In this document: in pieces, positions 1-14,160 of the stretch
How positions within the stretch are numbered: position 1 is the first letter of the stretch
How the letters are laid out: each line of letters begins with the position of its first letter
Assembly (NCBI GenBank): GCA_964247055.1
Contig: OZ176057.1
Span: 1,984,001 to 2,048,000 of the forward strand
From: Paragordius varius
Taxonomy: Eukaryota > Animalia > Nematomorpha
Length of the DNA stretch: 64,000 nucleotides
Reading direction: 5' to 3'
Program-made: the position numbers and the translations under genes
The notes under the pieces: generated by a model
The model's database searches: none
Told to the model about the DNA's origin: nothing
What the model saw: the letters and a program-made list of their open reading frames with translations, nothing else

Positions 1-780
1 TAAAGTTTTTCCACCCTTTTTCAGATCAAAAATAATTAAAAATTGATAATAATAACATAAATTTTAGTAATAAATTTTTGATTTATTTATTTTCGCGGGT
101 TGTAATTATGTACTGATTAAAATTGTTTTATTTTTTTGAAAAAAATAAACTAAGTTAAAAGGTTATTATTATCTATAAAAATTGATAATTTTTAATATAA
201 TAAATAAAATATAAAATTTATTTTCGATTCAAATTTGGGTATCTTCTGACCCGAGACTACGTATTTGCTGATATATTTAAAAAATTACTGAAAGAAACGC
301 TTTCATTATAATTTTATACTTTTATTCAAATAATTTATATATATAAGCCTAAATATTTGAATAAATCCAGTTTTGAAAAAAAAGCTTCATATTAAATTAC
401 TACGACGCCATTTGTATTTTACAACATTTTTGCAAAATCTATTTATTTGATTCAATGCAAAAATTTAAGCTAATGTTTTATTTTAATCACATCTATTGAT
501 ATAAACAGAAAAAGTGATTTATTTTGCATTATTTTTATGATTAGCTACTGCACACTTTTAATTAATTCCATATTTTTAGAAATTTCTGGGTTTTAAACAG
601 GCCTAGAGTCCCCAAAAATCTAATTTGAATCGAAGGACTGAAATGAATGTGTTGTAACCAAGTGTTACTAAAATTATAATATAACAAAATGGTATATACA
701 TGGAGTGAAAAATATACCATATACTTAAGGAGACTACACTTTATGATTCCCATAAAGTCATGTCATCAATCTTTTAAATA

Positions 781-3700
781 ATAATAATTACATTATATGA
801 TATCACTCTTTCGAGCGGTTATATCCGTACACTATTTCGCCATAAAACCCTGTCTTAGGCGTCTTCGCGTTTTAGGTTCAGTTTTGCCATGTCCTTCTTA
901 ACTGTATCTATCCATCGCGTTTTAGGGCGCCCTTTCCCCTCTTGCCTTTTACAATATAATCAATCAACATGTCCGAACCAGCTTAAACGATTTACCATCA
1001 TGTTTTGCGTTACCGGTTTGATTTCCGTACTTCCTCTTATGTAGACATTCTTCACCTTGTCATTCCTCGTTAAACCGCACATCAATCTAAGCATTCTCAT
1101 TTCAGTAACTTCAAAGTGCCTCTTTTCTGATTTCTTTATTGCCATGTCTGTGAGTTGTACATCATTGTTGGTTGTACAACAGCACTGTCTTACCCTTTAC
1201 TTTTAGGTCAATATTTTAGTCGCACAAAACACTTGAGATCCATAATTTGTCCAACTATTTCGAATTTTTGAATTAATATCAAGTGTTCAAGAACCATCTG
1301 CTGCTAATATCGCTCCTAAATATTTGCATTCCTCCTGACCTTTTAATACCCATTATTCTTCTAATTCTATTTCTCGTTTTTTCCCGCCAAATCAGTTCCG
1401 TTTTCTTTTTATTAACTTTTAATCCGCATCGTCGTAACACATCAATCCATTTACCCACCGATTCTTTTAATTCATGCAACTCGTCGGACAGCACTATTAG
1501 GTCGTCTCCATAAAGAAAATACCAGCCATCATGTTGCCCTACTTTTTTTGAAATTTTGTCCATGCATATTATAAATAGTAACGGGCTGATTGCAGACCCC
1601 GGATAGACCCCTTCGTTTATTTTAATAGGACCTGATATTCCCTGGTGTGTTTTAATTTTGGTTTGGTGTAAGTCGTGCATGCTTTTTAAAATCTTTATGT
1701 AACTATTAGGGACCATTTTCCGTCTTAAGCTCCACCATATTGTGTTCCGAGGTATTGTGTCAAATGCCTTTTCAATATCAATACACATACCATGCAACTC
1801 CTTTTTCATTTCTATATGCTTCTCGATTAGCCTTCTTACTGCGTGAATTGGATCAATGATGGATGTTCCTGGAATAAAACCAAATTGATTACCCTCTATG
1901 CTAATCATTTTTCTTATTCTTTTCTCTAGTACTTTCTCAAATAACTTCATTGTATGCGACATCAATCTTATCCCTCTGTAATTATTACAATCATTAATAT
2001 CTCCTTTACTTTTAAAATAGGAACAGTGAAACTCTTCTTCCATTCGGTTGGTATCATACCTGTAGTAACTACATTATAATATCCGCTAAAAATTCAATAC
2101 CGATCTCTGACAATACTTTTCAACAGTTTATGTTAATATCGTCTGGACAGCCTTATTTATTGACATCTCTTCTGAATCAGCCTGGACTTCTTCTTTTGTT
2201 ATACTTTCAATATGCGCAGATTTATTATCTGATGTTTCGGGTAAACTTTCCACTGACGCCCAATTCAAGGTCTTGGAAATATTTTATCCACCTTTTCATT
2301 ATTTTCGCTTCCTCAACGAGTAATTTGCCGTTCATTAATAGCTGTCGCGTAAGGGGGCAAGTCCAGCTTTCTTCTGTGTCTTTGTCGAGCAATTTTAAAA
2401 ACTTTGTTTAGACCCAGCCTACTGTTTAACTCTTCATATAATGATGCCGTCTTTTCTATTTTGACCAATCTTACAAGCCTTTTAAGTTCCTTATTAATCT
2501 TTTTATATTTTTCCGTGTCTTCTGCTTGGTGGGTAAACCACCACATTTTAAAAACTTTATATTTCCCTCGCGATTTCAGAATTATTTTTTCGTCTTTCAG
2601 CCATGCCTCTCTATAAACCTGGTTTCTGCCACCTTTCATTCCGCATACCTTAACTCCCGCCTCTCTTATTTTTTTGCCACCTGAGACCAAACACTTTCTG
2701 GATCACTGTTCCTGTCTAGTATGCCTACCGTTTCTACAAATCTTTCTTTACTGTTTCTTAGAGAATTCCATTTAATTACCTTCGGCGCTATAAGCTTAGG
2801 CTTTTTGGCATTTATTGGTATATTTGTCATATACTTACACATAATTAAATTGTGTTGTGTGCTAATCTGCAGGTTAGGTATCCTTTTGCAGTCCAAAACA
2901 AACTTTAAAGACTTTCGTGGTACTAGAATATAATCGATTTGTGACTTCTTATTTCCATTTTCGTAGGTAACTAAGTGGCTAACCTTTTAAGTAAAAAAGT
3001 ATTTGTTATAGCAAAGTTATAAGATTCGGCAAATCTTAATAAACTAGTCCCTTCTTCATTTATAACCCCGTAACCTTTTCCGCCGTGCCAAGGCTCAAAA
3101 CATCTCCTATTTTGTCCCACATGCCCATTGAAATCACCACAAAATATAATTTCTCTGTCTTTCGTTTATGAAATCATTTCTGCGTCTAATAAATCATAAA
3201 ATTTATCTTTCTCTGGTTTATTTAAACCTATCTGGGGGAGCATAAACGCTAAAGATAGTAAAAACTCTCTTATTTAGCAATAGGTCGACACTTATAATTC
3301 TACTGTCAGCACGTCTAACCTCAATTACTTGATTGGCAAATCTTGGGCACACTATTATAGCGACCCCACTGTAACCATCCGTAAAACCTGAATAAAACAT
3401 TTTATAATTACCCTCTAACGTCTTAGTACCATTTCCACGGTATCTGGTCTCCTGAATGCACAAAAAATTTACTTTTTTTACCCTCCTAGTTTCAACTAAA
3501 TCATATAACTTACTTTTTAACGAACCAACATTTATACTGGCAAAACACATTCTACAACCTTCCTTATCCCTATTGGCCCCTACCTCCGTGCAGCGACTGG
3601 CCGGGTCTGGCCTGCACGCCTTAAAAAAACTCATAAAAAACAAAAATACAATAAATTAGAAGAATAATATAGATGAATATAAACACTAAATATAGTAACC

Positions 3701-4035
3701 AATATGTACATGCAACTAAAAAAGAATCAAAAATTTTAACCAAAAACAATAATAATAAAAAAAACATACATAAATATATATCAATAAATAAAAATGAAAT
3801 AAAATAAAATACGAATCCTAAGAATTTTGATTAGGAATATATTATAAAGGTAATTTCGTGCATTTTTTTTGAATGAATGAGAAAAACTGATAAAAGATAG
3901 AATAAACTTTGAAAATAAATAGATAAGAATGATAAATATAATAATTGGTATAAATAATAATAATTTTGATTTAAAATTAATTAAGAATTTTTTTGTTTTT
4001 GAAGTTGCGTCAGATGGGTCGAACGCGCGCGCGTG
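781..4035 (-). mobile_element. RTE-clade non-LTR retrotransposon, apparently full length (~3.25 kb), ORF broken by frameshifts and stops
   Basis: Minus-strand fragments give an APE endonuclease (ASINVGSL, LCIQETRY, SGVAI, SVYAP, and GDFNGHVG near 3130) and an RT (NYRGIRLMSHTMKLFEK, QFGF, DIEKAFD, GSAISPLLF, YGDD), then an RTE-like C-terminus (LSWFGHV, KRGKGRPK). It ends in a short (TTA)n tail at ~781-790. It is absent at the homologous site in X (~30580). Confidence 0.93.
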
Positions 4036-4429
4036 ATAATAATTTAATAATAATTACATTATATGATATCACTCTTTCAAGCGGTCATATCCGTAAACTA
4101 TTTCGCTATAGAACCCTGTCTAAGGCGTCTTCCCATTTTAGGTTCAGTTTTGCCATGTCCCTCTTAGCTGTATCTATCCATCGCGTTTTAGAGCGCCCTT
4201 TCCCCTCTTGCCTTTTACAATATAATCATCATTCTTTTTACCATTGTAATTTTTATCTCTTCTTTCAACATGTCCGAACCATCTTAAACGATTTACCATC
4301 ATCTTTTGCGTTACCGGTTTGATTTCCGTACTCCCTCTTATGTAGACATTCTTCACCTTGCATTCTCATTTCAGTAACCTCAAAGTGCCTCTCTTCTGAT
4401 TTCTTTATTGCCCATGTCTGTGAGTTGTA
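4036..4429 (-). mobile_element. 5'-truncated 3' fragment of the same RTE family, head-to-tail with the long copy
   Basis: Near-identical to ~781-1160 (VYIRGSTEIKPVTQKMMVNRLRWFGHVE), with its own (TTA)n tail at ~4036-4055. It lacks ~30 bp present in the long copy and retains ~37 bp that the long copy lost. Confidence 0.9.
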
Positions 4430-4643
4430 AATAATTTAATTAAAAAACTTAAAACAACCCCAAAATGTATTTCATAATTTTTTAAAAAAAAATTATTAAC
4501 TTAAAATTGAACCAGAACAAACCCTTTTTTACTCAAAAAATAGTTAATTTTTGGTATATAGATTCATGATTATTATTATCTCTTATTTTTTTGTATTCTT
4601 TTAGTAAAATATTATACTAACTGCCTATGATTAATACTTTTAA

Positions 4644-6638
<1,995 letters not shown>

Positions 6639-9460
6639 AAAAAAAGTCGTAAAATTTTGAAAATTTTGCGATATAGTTTTTTTTTTGGTTTTTCTCCACA
6701 AACATATGGACCTCATTACACACATATTATGTAAAGTAACTCTAAAGTTATAAACATATACACAATCAATCACAAAACCATTTGATATATTGATTTTAAT
6801 TTAATTTTACTTTCAATTTGATTATTTAATATTAATAATTTTTTTTTCATACTGTTTAAAGATGCAATATTATATATACATACAAACAAACATATTTATA
6901 CAGCAAAATTTGAATGAAGTCTGCATGTAATTTGGTAGTTTAAAAGTGTCTGTTGCGTATTTTCTGAAAAAAAATGGCAAAATTTATTTCTTGAATGAAT
7001 TTATTATTTCCTATTATATTACATATATGATTTTTAGTTGAATGTCAAATAAAATTTGGTTGAATAAATAAAAATTATTCCCTTCTTTCTTTCTGACTTT
7101 CTTTAATTTGCAAGGTCTCATATTTTATTTTAAAATAAATGGCCATTCAGAGTTTAACCTGTTTTTTTATGCTAAACTTTTTTTTTGTTGGCTATTTAAT
7201 GGATAAAATTATATTACATTTGGTTTAGTACTTATGGTTTGCGAATTTAAAATTTTTCTAATAAAAAAATAAAATGAAAGCTTTAAGAGTAGTATTTTTA
7301 AACAAATTAGCGGTTTGATAACATACAGATTGGTGTCCTTAAAATTTGCAACTATCTGAATTTTTAACTTAATTTAAATCAAAAATTTGTTTTTTAAACA
7401 TTTTAAAAGTTATTTTAATATATGTATATTATTTTAATAATTTTTTGCTGTAAATTTTAAACTTAAAAACTCCAGTATAAACGACAGAAGCTAGACCCCG
7501 ATATTAAAAGTAGCTGGCTGTATTCTAATCATGATGACCCTTTTTTAAATATATTTAATATACCATTTACAGATTCAAATTTGTCCTTCTTTTAAACCTT
7601 AAAGTTAGTCCTTACATTTTTTTATATTGTCTATAATTTTTTATAGATTAATTTATGCAAATCTTTCTTAGCTCTAACATTATATCATTATTTACAGTCT
7701 TTTTCCATTCAATAACTTTTCAAGCTAGTTAAATAAGTGATTAATTTTTTTACATATTTAAACGCTTGATTCTAAAATTTTAACTCATTGCATTTTATCG
7801 TAAAAGAATTATTAATTAAAATATTACTGTTGATGGAAAAGAAATTATTTGTTAACTGAGAAAGTTCCTTTTAAATAAACATGTTAAATATGATTCATAT
7901 ATAAATGTATTCAATAAATTGTGAATATAGGCAAAATTTTTATGTATGTGGACCCTTGAAATGTTTAAAGTTAACTAGAAGTGCAAACATGATATATTTG
8001 AACCATATGCTAATATTAAAAAAGCTATTGAGTATTTTGTTTTAATTAAAATATATCCAAGCAATTCATAAGGTTTCAAACTTTTAAAACTTGCTTCCAA
8101 TCGATGGTATTATCTGGTGCCGTAATTAACATGGAATGTGGCGCTTATAATCGAAATGACAAACTAGGTAAATTATATTTCCCACACTTTAATTCGTTTA
8201 TTAGCTAATGTTTTATAAAAGTTCGATTTTTTAAAGTTAAATGAATGATTAAATGTAAAAAAAATTTTAAAAATAAATTTTATACTTATTCGTCAAATTT
8301 TATAGTAAATACACATGTAATGCATGTATGACTGAGATGGGAAATTACAGATATTAAGCAAAATTTAACGTAATTTGAATTCAAAAATTTAATGTTATAA
8401 AGTTTACAACGCACATTATTTATTTATTCATTTTTATATAAAAAAGTGGCTAGTTTGCAAAATACTTTTTCAGTTAAACGAAAAGACATATTTTTTCAGA
8501 AGCTAAGGTTAAACAATTAGTTGACGTTCTTTAGTATAATTATTACGCATTAATTACCCCATGCCCAAGCTTCATAAAACACTTTGGATGTCATTTTATC
8601 AATTTATAATTGAGTTTTTGATTTTGAATAAAATTAACAACGAAAATTCTATAAACTGAATAAAAGTCAGTTTTATAGTTTATTTTTCAGGATACAACAT
8701 AGATTTTTTCAAATTACTAAATTAGACGAATTTTTTTTGATTAATGGTACCACATAATACAAATATGCTTCTAAAAATTATTACCTTGTATACGTGCAAC
8801 CTTTGATATAAATATTTCAAAAATTTGTGCAATCATTTTACTACAATCACAATAAAAATCCTGATATATTTGTTTTTATATTATTAATATTTTCTGCTTA
8901 AAATAAAATTTCTAACAAATCATATATTAATTCAATAACTTTAGTTTTTTATTATTATATATATATAAATTTCCCATTCATTATAAATATGAGGTTGTTG
9001 ATTTTTCTATAAGTAATCACGATAATTGGACAATATAGACAGCTTTTAGGACACCGTACTAATTAATATATAATAATTGGGTAAGAATATAAATAAATAT
9101 CATAGATAGAATACCACTCCATGATCAACGATTATTATTAAAAATTTGGTTAAATTTAAAAATTCATTGACTACTTCTTATTATAATATGTTTATTAATA
9201 AATTAAAGTGGAATCCAAATATAAAAAAATCACCTATGCAACATAAATATTTCATAATACCTAAAATATAAAAATTGATCGTATAAATAAGACCATTTTG
9301 TCTTGTCTAAAGTAGGAAAAACGTTTTGGAAAAGGCAGTATTTTAAATAATTATTGCCATAAAGTGTAAAAAATCTTTAAATTGATATTCGTTGCAAAAA
9401 TGCCCTAAATGCAGAATATTTTTAACATAGGGAAACGAAATAATATGTGTATATATATAC

Positions 9461-9618
9461 CCTCATAGCTATGGTACCATTGTAATCTGGAACCACGACC
9501 CTTAAATATACCACTGATATTGGATCAAGAACTCCACCCGAACCTGATATGGCTGACCCTATGATGTCAGAGCCATCGACTGTGATTTCAAACGTATTTG
9601 TTGCGAAACCAGTTATAA
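9461..9618 (-). CDS. Candidate internal exon of an unidentified gene (paralog at 38239-38393)
   Basis: Pyrimidine-rich acceptor TTTTTTTCCATATATAG, donor AGG|GTATAT, and a single open frame (ITGFATNTFEITVDGSDIIGSAISGSGGVLDPISVVYLRVVVPDYNGTIAMR). The paralog differs only by one synonymous change and an in-frame 3-nt deletion, while the flanks are more diverged. Confidence 0.55.
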
Positions 9619-10308
9619 CTATATATGGAAAAAAATATTTATTTACAGTAATGCCCCCTTTATACAATCAATATTTGGCAAGGTTAAAAAAGAGCAAATG
9701 GTGGAATACAATTATATCCTATCTTACGACATCAATTAATTACAGATAGCATTTGTACTATATTTACCAAGTGACCAACAATAATGTAAATTGATTAATT
9801 ATATGCATACTGTAAATACAGTAAACATTTCTTCATAAACTTTTTAAAATAAAGCAAGTATGCATAAATAGATTATTTAGATTATCATATATTTCTCCGA
9901 TTTTTACTGAGAGGTCGTTGTTTTTTTTATGACAGGTGCACGAGTTCCACTCTATATGGTTTTTAGGTGGGTCAATATAAAAATCGCCGTAATTTAAAGG
10001 GGAAGGAAAAAAAATCATGTTTGTGTATTAATTAATTTTATTGTGTCTGTCATACTCGCAAACTTTTTATCCAAATTTTAACGTATTGTTTTAGGGAACA
10101 ATAAGAATTAAACCTAGAAAAGCAAGATTAAAACCCTTAATTATTGCTACAAAAAGATATGATATAAAACGACACAATTTTACATTATAATTTGATTACT
10201 GACTATAAATTCTCACTTAATATAACAAAGTTAACAACCAGAAAATCAATTATAATTCTTAGTATTATACCCCATTTACAGTTTAATATATATAAATTTA
10301 AAACATAC

Positions 10309-10365
10309 TATTGGCCCATCCTGCGAATAGGAGATATTCATTTCCACAATTTTTGAAGGAGTCTC
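10309..10365 (-). CDS. Candidate 57-nt exon, possibly upstream of the 9461-9618 exon (also at 39118-39174)
   Basis: Bounded by TTTTATATTTAG| and |GTATGT. The phase-1 frame GDSFKNCGNEYLLFAGWAN would join the next exon in frame. No homology recognised. Confidence 0.3.
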
Positions 10366-11129
10366 CTAAATATAAAATACATTCTTTAATATCCAAATTA
10401 ATTATAAGTTTAAAAAATATTCTGGAATAGAACCAATAAATATATTTAAAATCTATAAAGCTACTTTTGGGTAATTAATTTATAAAAGATTACGTTTGTT
10501 ATTAAATTATAGATGTTAGGAATTTTAAAAAATGCAAGGAAATTATACATTTAAAAAGTAATCTAAAGCAAAAAAACTTAGAAAACTCAATATTAAAACA
10601 ATCCGTTGGAGTCAATAACGACTTGCTAAAAATTTTGTCCAACTCTTAAATGTGCTTTATCCCAATCGTCGGATAAATTTTGTGATTAAAGATGATGAAT
10701 TATTATATATTAAAAAAACTTAATCATAACAATCTAAATAGTTTTTAATAAAACAATATTTTTTTATTGGGATTGCAAAGAGAATAGATGTGTGAAATGG
10801 TTAGCAAAAAACTCTAATTTTTTGTAAGAAATAAATTCTATCAAAAATATATTAATATACTTACTCCTTTGTATTATAAATCTCCTTCCATAATAATATT
10901 AAATTTAAACATAAAAGGTTCATGTGATTTATATGAAGTTGTGATTTCCATGTGCAAAATTTAATTCAGCCAATTTTGCATACAATAAATATTTATAATG
11001 AAATTTAGTTGCATAGTTTAAGCAATTCGGCCGTTTAAGAAGATAAAGATTGCATATAACTTTAAAATAACGTGGCCCGCTAAACCAAATATTTTTTAAA
11101 TAGAAAATTTTAAACTGTAGCTGGTGTTT

Positions 11130-11880
11130 CATAAGGTTCCAGCCGTATGTATTTAACGGCAGGATTTGACAAGAGTCAATATTAGTGATTAAAGTGATTT
11201 AAAGCGACTATGATCGTAATCAGAAATAAATTTATATGGGAAAGCTGTTTGGGAAAACAAATTTGAAGGCTTTGGGCCTTCTGCTCAATCGCAAAAATGG
11301 ATGGGAACGTGAATGCAGGCAACAAACCAGTCATAGGAACGGAATGAAGGAGCTATTACGAGGTAATTGTATTTTTTAGGTTCATTGGAAAACACTCTAT
11401 GGACGTTCGTTCACTGACTGCGGAGATTTGGAAGGTTGCTACTCAAACAGGAGCCGTGGACAGATGAAGGTCGGACTTTGTCGATAGATGGGAGGCTGAA
11501 CGGGAAATATTGTGCATTGGACTCTGGCCTTTGGGACGGAACTTGGTTGGCGAGAGCTACTCGACAAGATGCGCTGGGGAGAATGATCGCACCATGGATC
11601 AAACAATAGTACTTGGATGGCGGCTTGAATGCACAACAAACTCTCATTATGGAGAGTTTTTGGGCCTGATGACTCTCTCTAATGGGAGGAATAAATCCCA
11701 CTTCACACGAGTGGGGAAAATCAGCTCTTATTATTTTGAGAGAGTTGTTTTCCTCACTCGTGTGTGAAGGAGGATTTATTTCTCCCATTAGAGAGAGAGT
11801 AAGGCCTCTAAGTCCAAAATTTAAATTTGAGCACTCTTACTCCCGGACGCTCAAAATAAAATTTTGGACTTAGAATATTT
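11130..11880. other. GC-enriched island ending in three adjacent hairpins; function unknown (also at 39939-40688)
   Basis: Sharp compositional contrast with the flanks. Stems at ~11638-11659, 11672-11800 and 11808-11873. No convincing protein in any frame. Confidence 0.6.
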
Positions 11881-12679
11881 TTTAATTTTTTTTCTCGCCC
11901 TTTGGTGGGGGGGGGGGGGTTAATATATATTTATTTATATTTTTTAATTTTTTTTATAAAAACATATTTATTCAAACATTATCGTCATTTATTGAATTCA
12001 TATATATAATTCATTAAATGTGATTGTTTCAGATTCATTCTTGTAAGTTAGTTTTGTTTCTTTTCTAGTTTAGTTATTTGTTCCATATTCATGTGAGTTA
12101 GTTAGTCATTTTGATCTCTGTTAATTTGTTGTTTGTTTCTAATGTATAAAAAATGATAAAAAATAGTATTAGATTCGAGGTTAGATAATATTAGTAAAAT
12201 TCAATTTGCGGTTTATTTACAATTCATGATTAATAAAAGTGAAAACAAAATTAATAAAACTCGAAACCCCACAAAACCCGGCCACAAAATCGTCTTGACA
12301 TATCTTAAACGTCACGGTATAAAATTACATAATTATCCGGAAAAAGCCCAAATTAAGAGTTTTAAAACCGTCCTATAAAACAGAAGAAAATCTCTTTGAA
12401 ACTATTCTACTTAAATTTTGCGGTTACTTAACAAATTAGCAGTTATTAACAAATGTATTTCCGTAATTAAAACCCAAGGAATAAGATACACAACTTATTA
12501 AAAAAGAAAGAATTCCTTTACTTTCCCTAAGCCCAGCCCAAACAGGAAAGCCTTTAATTTCGATCAAACATCGCAAAGAGCATATCTGTGCATCGAAAAA
12601 TAATTTTAAATAATAAACAAAAAAATAAATCAAAATTTGCAAATTCAGAGACAAAGTTTGAAGGATAAAATTAAAAAGA

Positions 12680-12747
12680 AATGCGTGGGTCGCTTGCCTT
12701 CTTTAAGAGAATGAACCAACTCTCCCTCACCCTGGGCAACAATCTCG
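12680..12747 (-). repeat. Degenerate cassette copy lacking the hairpins (also at 41488-41555)
   Basis: Retains AAATGCGTGGGTC, CTTCTTTAAG, ATGAACCAACTC and CCCTCACCC. Confidence 0.75.
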
Positions 12748-13180
12748 CTTGAAATATTTTAAACGTAGATCTAAACAAAATTTTAATCAAACACAGTATA
12801 AAATTAGCACTTTCAAACTATTTACTTTAAATATAAATTTTGCGGTTTCTATACAAAATAGCAGTTTATTAATTCCGTAACTAAAACACAAAATTAGCCG
12901 TAAAATTGCAATTTTAGTACAAATCCATTAAAAATAAAGAATACTTTGATTTACATAAGCCCAGCCCATAAACTTGAAATCCTTTAATATTCTATTAATT
13001 AAACACAGCAATATAAATAGCATATGATCTTGTTAAAAAGTTTGCGGTCAAATAAAATTCAGATAATTTGATAAAATGATGTAAAATTAAACAAAAAACA
13101 GAAATAGGAAAAAAGAATATCCTTCCTTAAAACAAAACAAAAGCTAAAAAATTCAGAGACAAAGATTTATTTTAAAAAGA

Positions 13181-13287
13181 AATGCGTGGGTCTCGGCCTG
13201 CTTCGCAGCCCGAGGAAGTCCTGCGGACTTCTTTAAGAAAATGAACCAACTCCAATCCCTTACCCTAACCCTAGCCCACAAACTCGA
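13181..13287 (-). repeat. G4 + double-hairpin cassette, intact copy (also at 41989-42095)
   Basis: The minus strand reads GGGCTAGGGTTAGGGTAAGGG..GAAGTCC-GCA-GGACTTC-CTCGGGCTGC-GAA-GCAGGCCGAG-ACCCACGCATT. Confidence 0.9.
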
Positions 13288-13479
13288 AAACCTTATTTAA
13301 ACCTAGATCGATATTTTGCTCAAAAACCATAACAGCTTTAAAGGGCAAAATAGAGCTTTTATTAAAAAGAATTGTAGCATTTTTAAAAGAGATTTTGCGG
13401 TTTTAAAAGAGTTTTTACGGTTCTTTTAAACTATCATTATTATTTTTTAAATGTAATCGTTGTTTATATAATAAATAAT

Positions 13480-14160
13480 AAAAAAATAATAATTGATTTA
13501 TCAGAATGAAGACAGCTGTTTATTAAAAAATAATTTGTGTAAATCAACCGTTTTTTATAAAACAAGTAATTATTTAAAACAATCGATTAATTTAAAAAAC
13601 TGATTATTGATAAAATCTGGTTAATTAAAACAAGTTATCAATATAAACAACTAATTGATTAATACAAATGTTTAATAAAAACAACTTGATAACTTTCTAA
13701 AAAACTTACTGTTCAATTACAGCTGATTAAATAATACAACTATATAAAAACAATTGAATAATAAAAACAACTGATTAATTAAAATAAATGATTAATAAAA
13801 ACGAATGATTAATTAAAACAACTGATTTATAAAAGCTGATTAATTACAGCTGTCCAACTGATTAATAAAAAATGATTATTAAAAACAAATAATTAATAAA
13901 TACAACTGATTGATTACTAACACAACTGATTTATCTGAATAATAAGGAAAAAATAAAAAATATTCAGACAATTAGTTATTAACGCAAAAATTAAATAAAA
14001 TATATACTTAAATAGTTTATTTGATATGGCAGAAATGAAGTGGATACTATATTGTTTCCTAAAATAAAATATAAAGTCAAATACTAAATCTTTAATCATT
14101 TAAAAAATATAAATATATTGAAGCTAGTTAATAATTATAACTATCTAATTAAAAAAACAG
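13480..14160 (+). repeat. Degenerate A-rich satellite block, ~15-16-bp unit AAAACAACTGATTAAT (also at 42288-42968)
   Basis: Scattered, eroded copies of CAACTGATTAAT and CAGCTGATTAA; boundaries are approximate. Confidence 0.7.

Noticed and set aside
580-760. Possible decayed AMMECR1 5' exon (FKQ.PRVP and VYTW..LR look-alikes; also ~30360-30540)
   Set aside because: It needs frameshifts, lacks the invariant GCIG, is not conserved in frame between paralogs, and part of it resembles the MITE end AAATGGTATA.
1283-4322. Plus-strand ORFs over the RTE (1283, 2130, 2404, 2721, 3456, 3993)
   Set aside because: They are antisense shadows of the minus-strand retrotransposon ORF.
11663-11806. Hammerhead ribozyme suggested by CTGATGA followed by a long stem
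   Set aside because: The required GAAA after stem II is absent (the sequence reads TAAG), and no stem I/III arrangement with a cleavage triplet can be drawn.
11411-11873. Overlapping ORFs of 63-125 aa on both strands of the GC island as real genes
   Set aside because: No recognisable domain; open frames on both strands are expected from higher GC and the palindromic sequence.
13255-13280. Telomerase RNA template (CCCTAACCCTA) in the cassette
   Set aside because: The motif is multicopy, only ~107 bp, in both orientations, and shows no recognisable pseudoknot context. A G4 or variant-repeat reading of the other strand explains it better.
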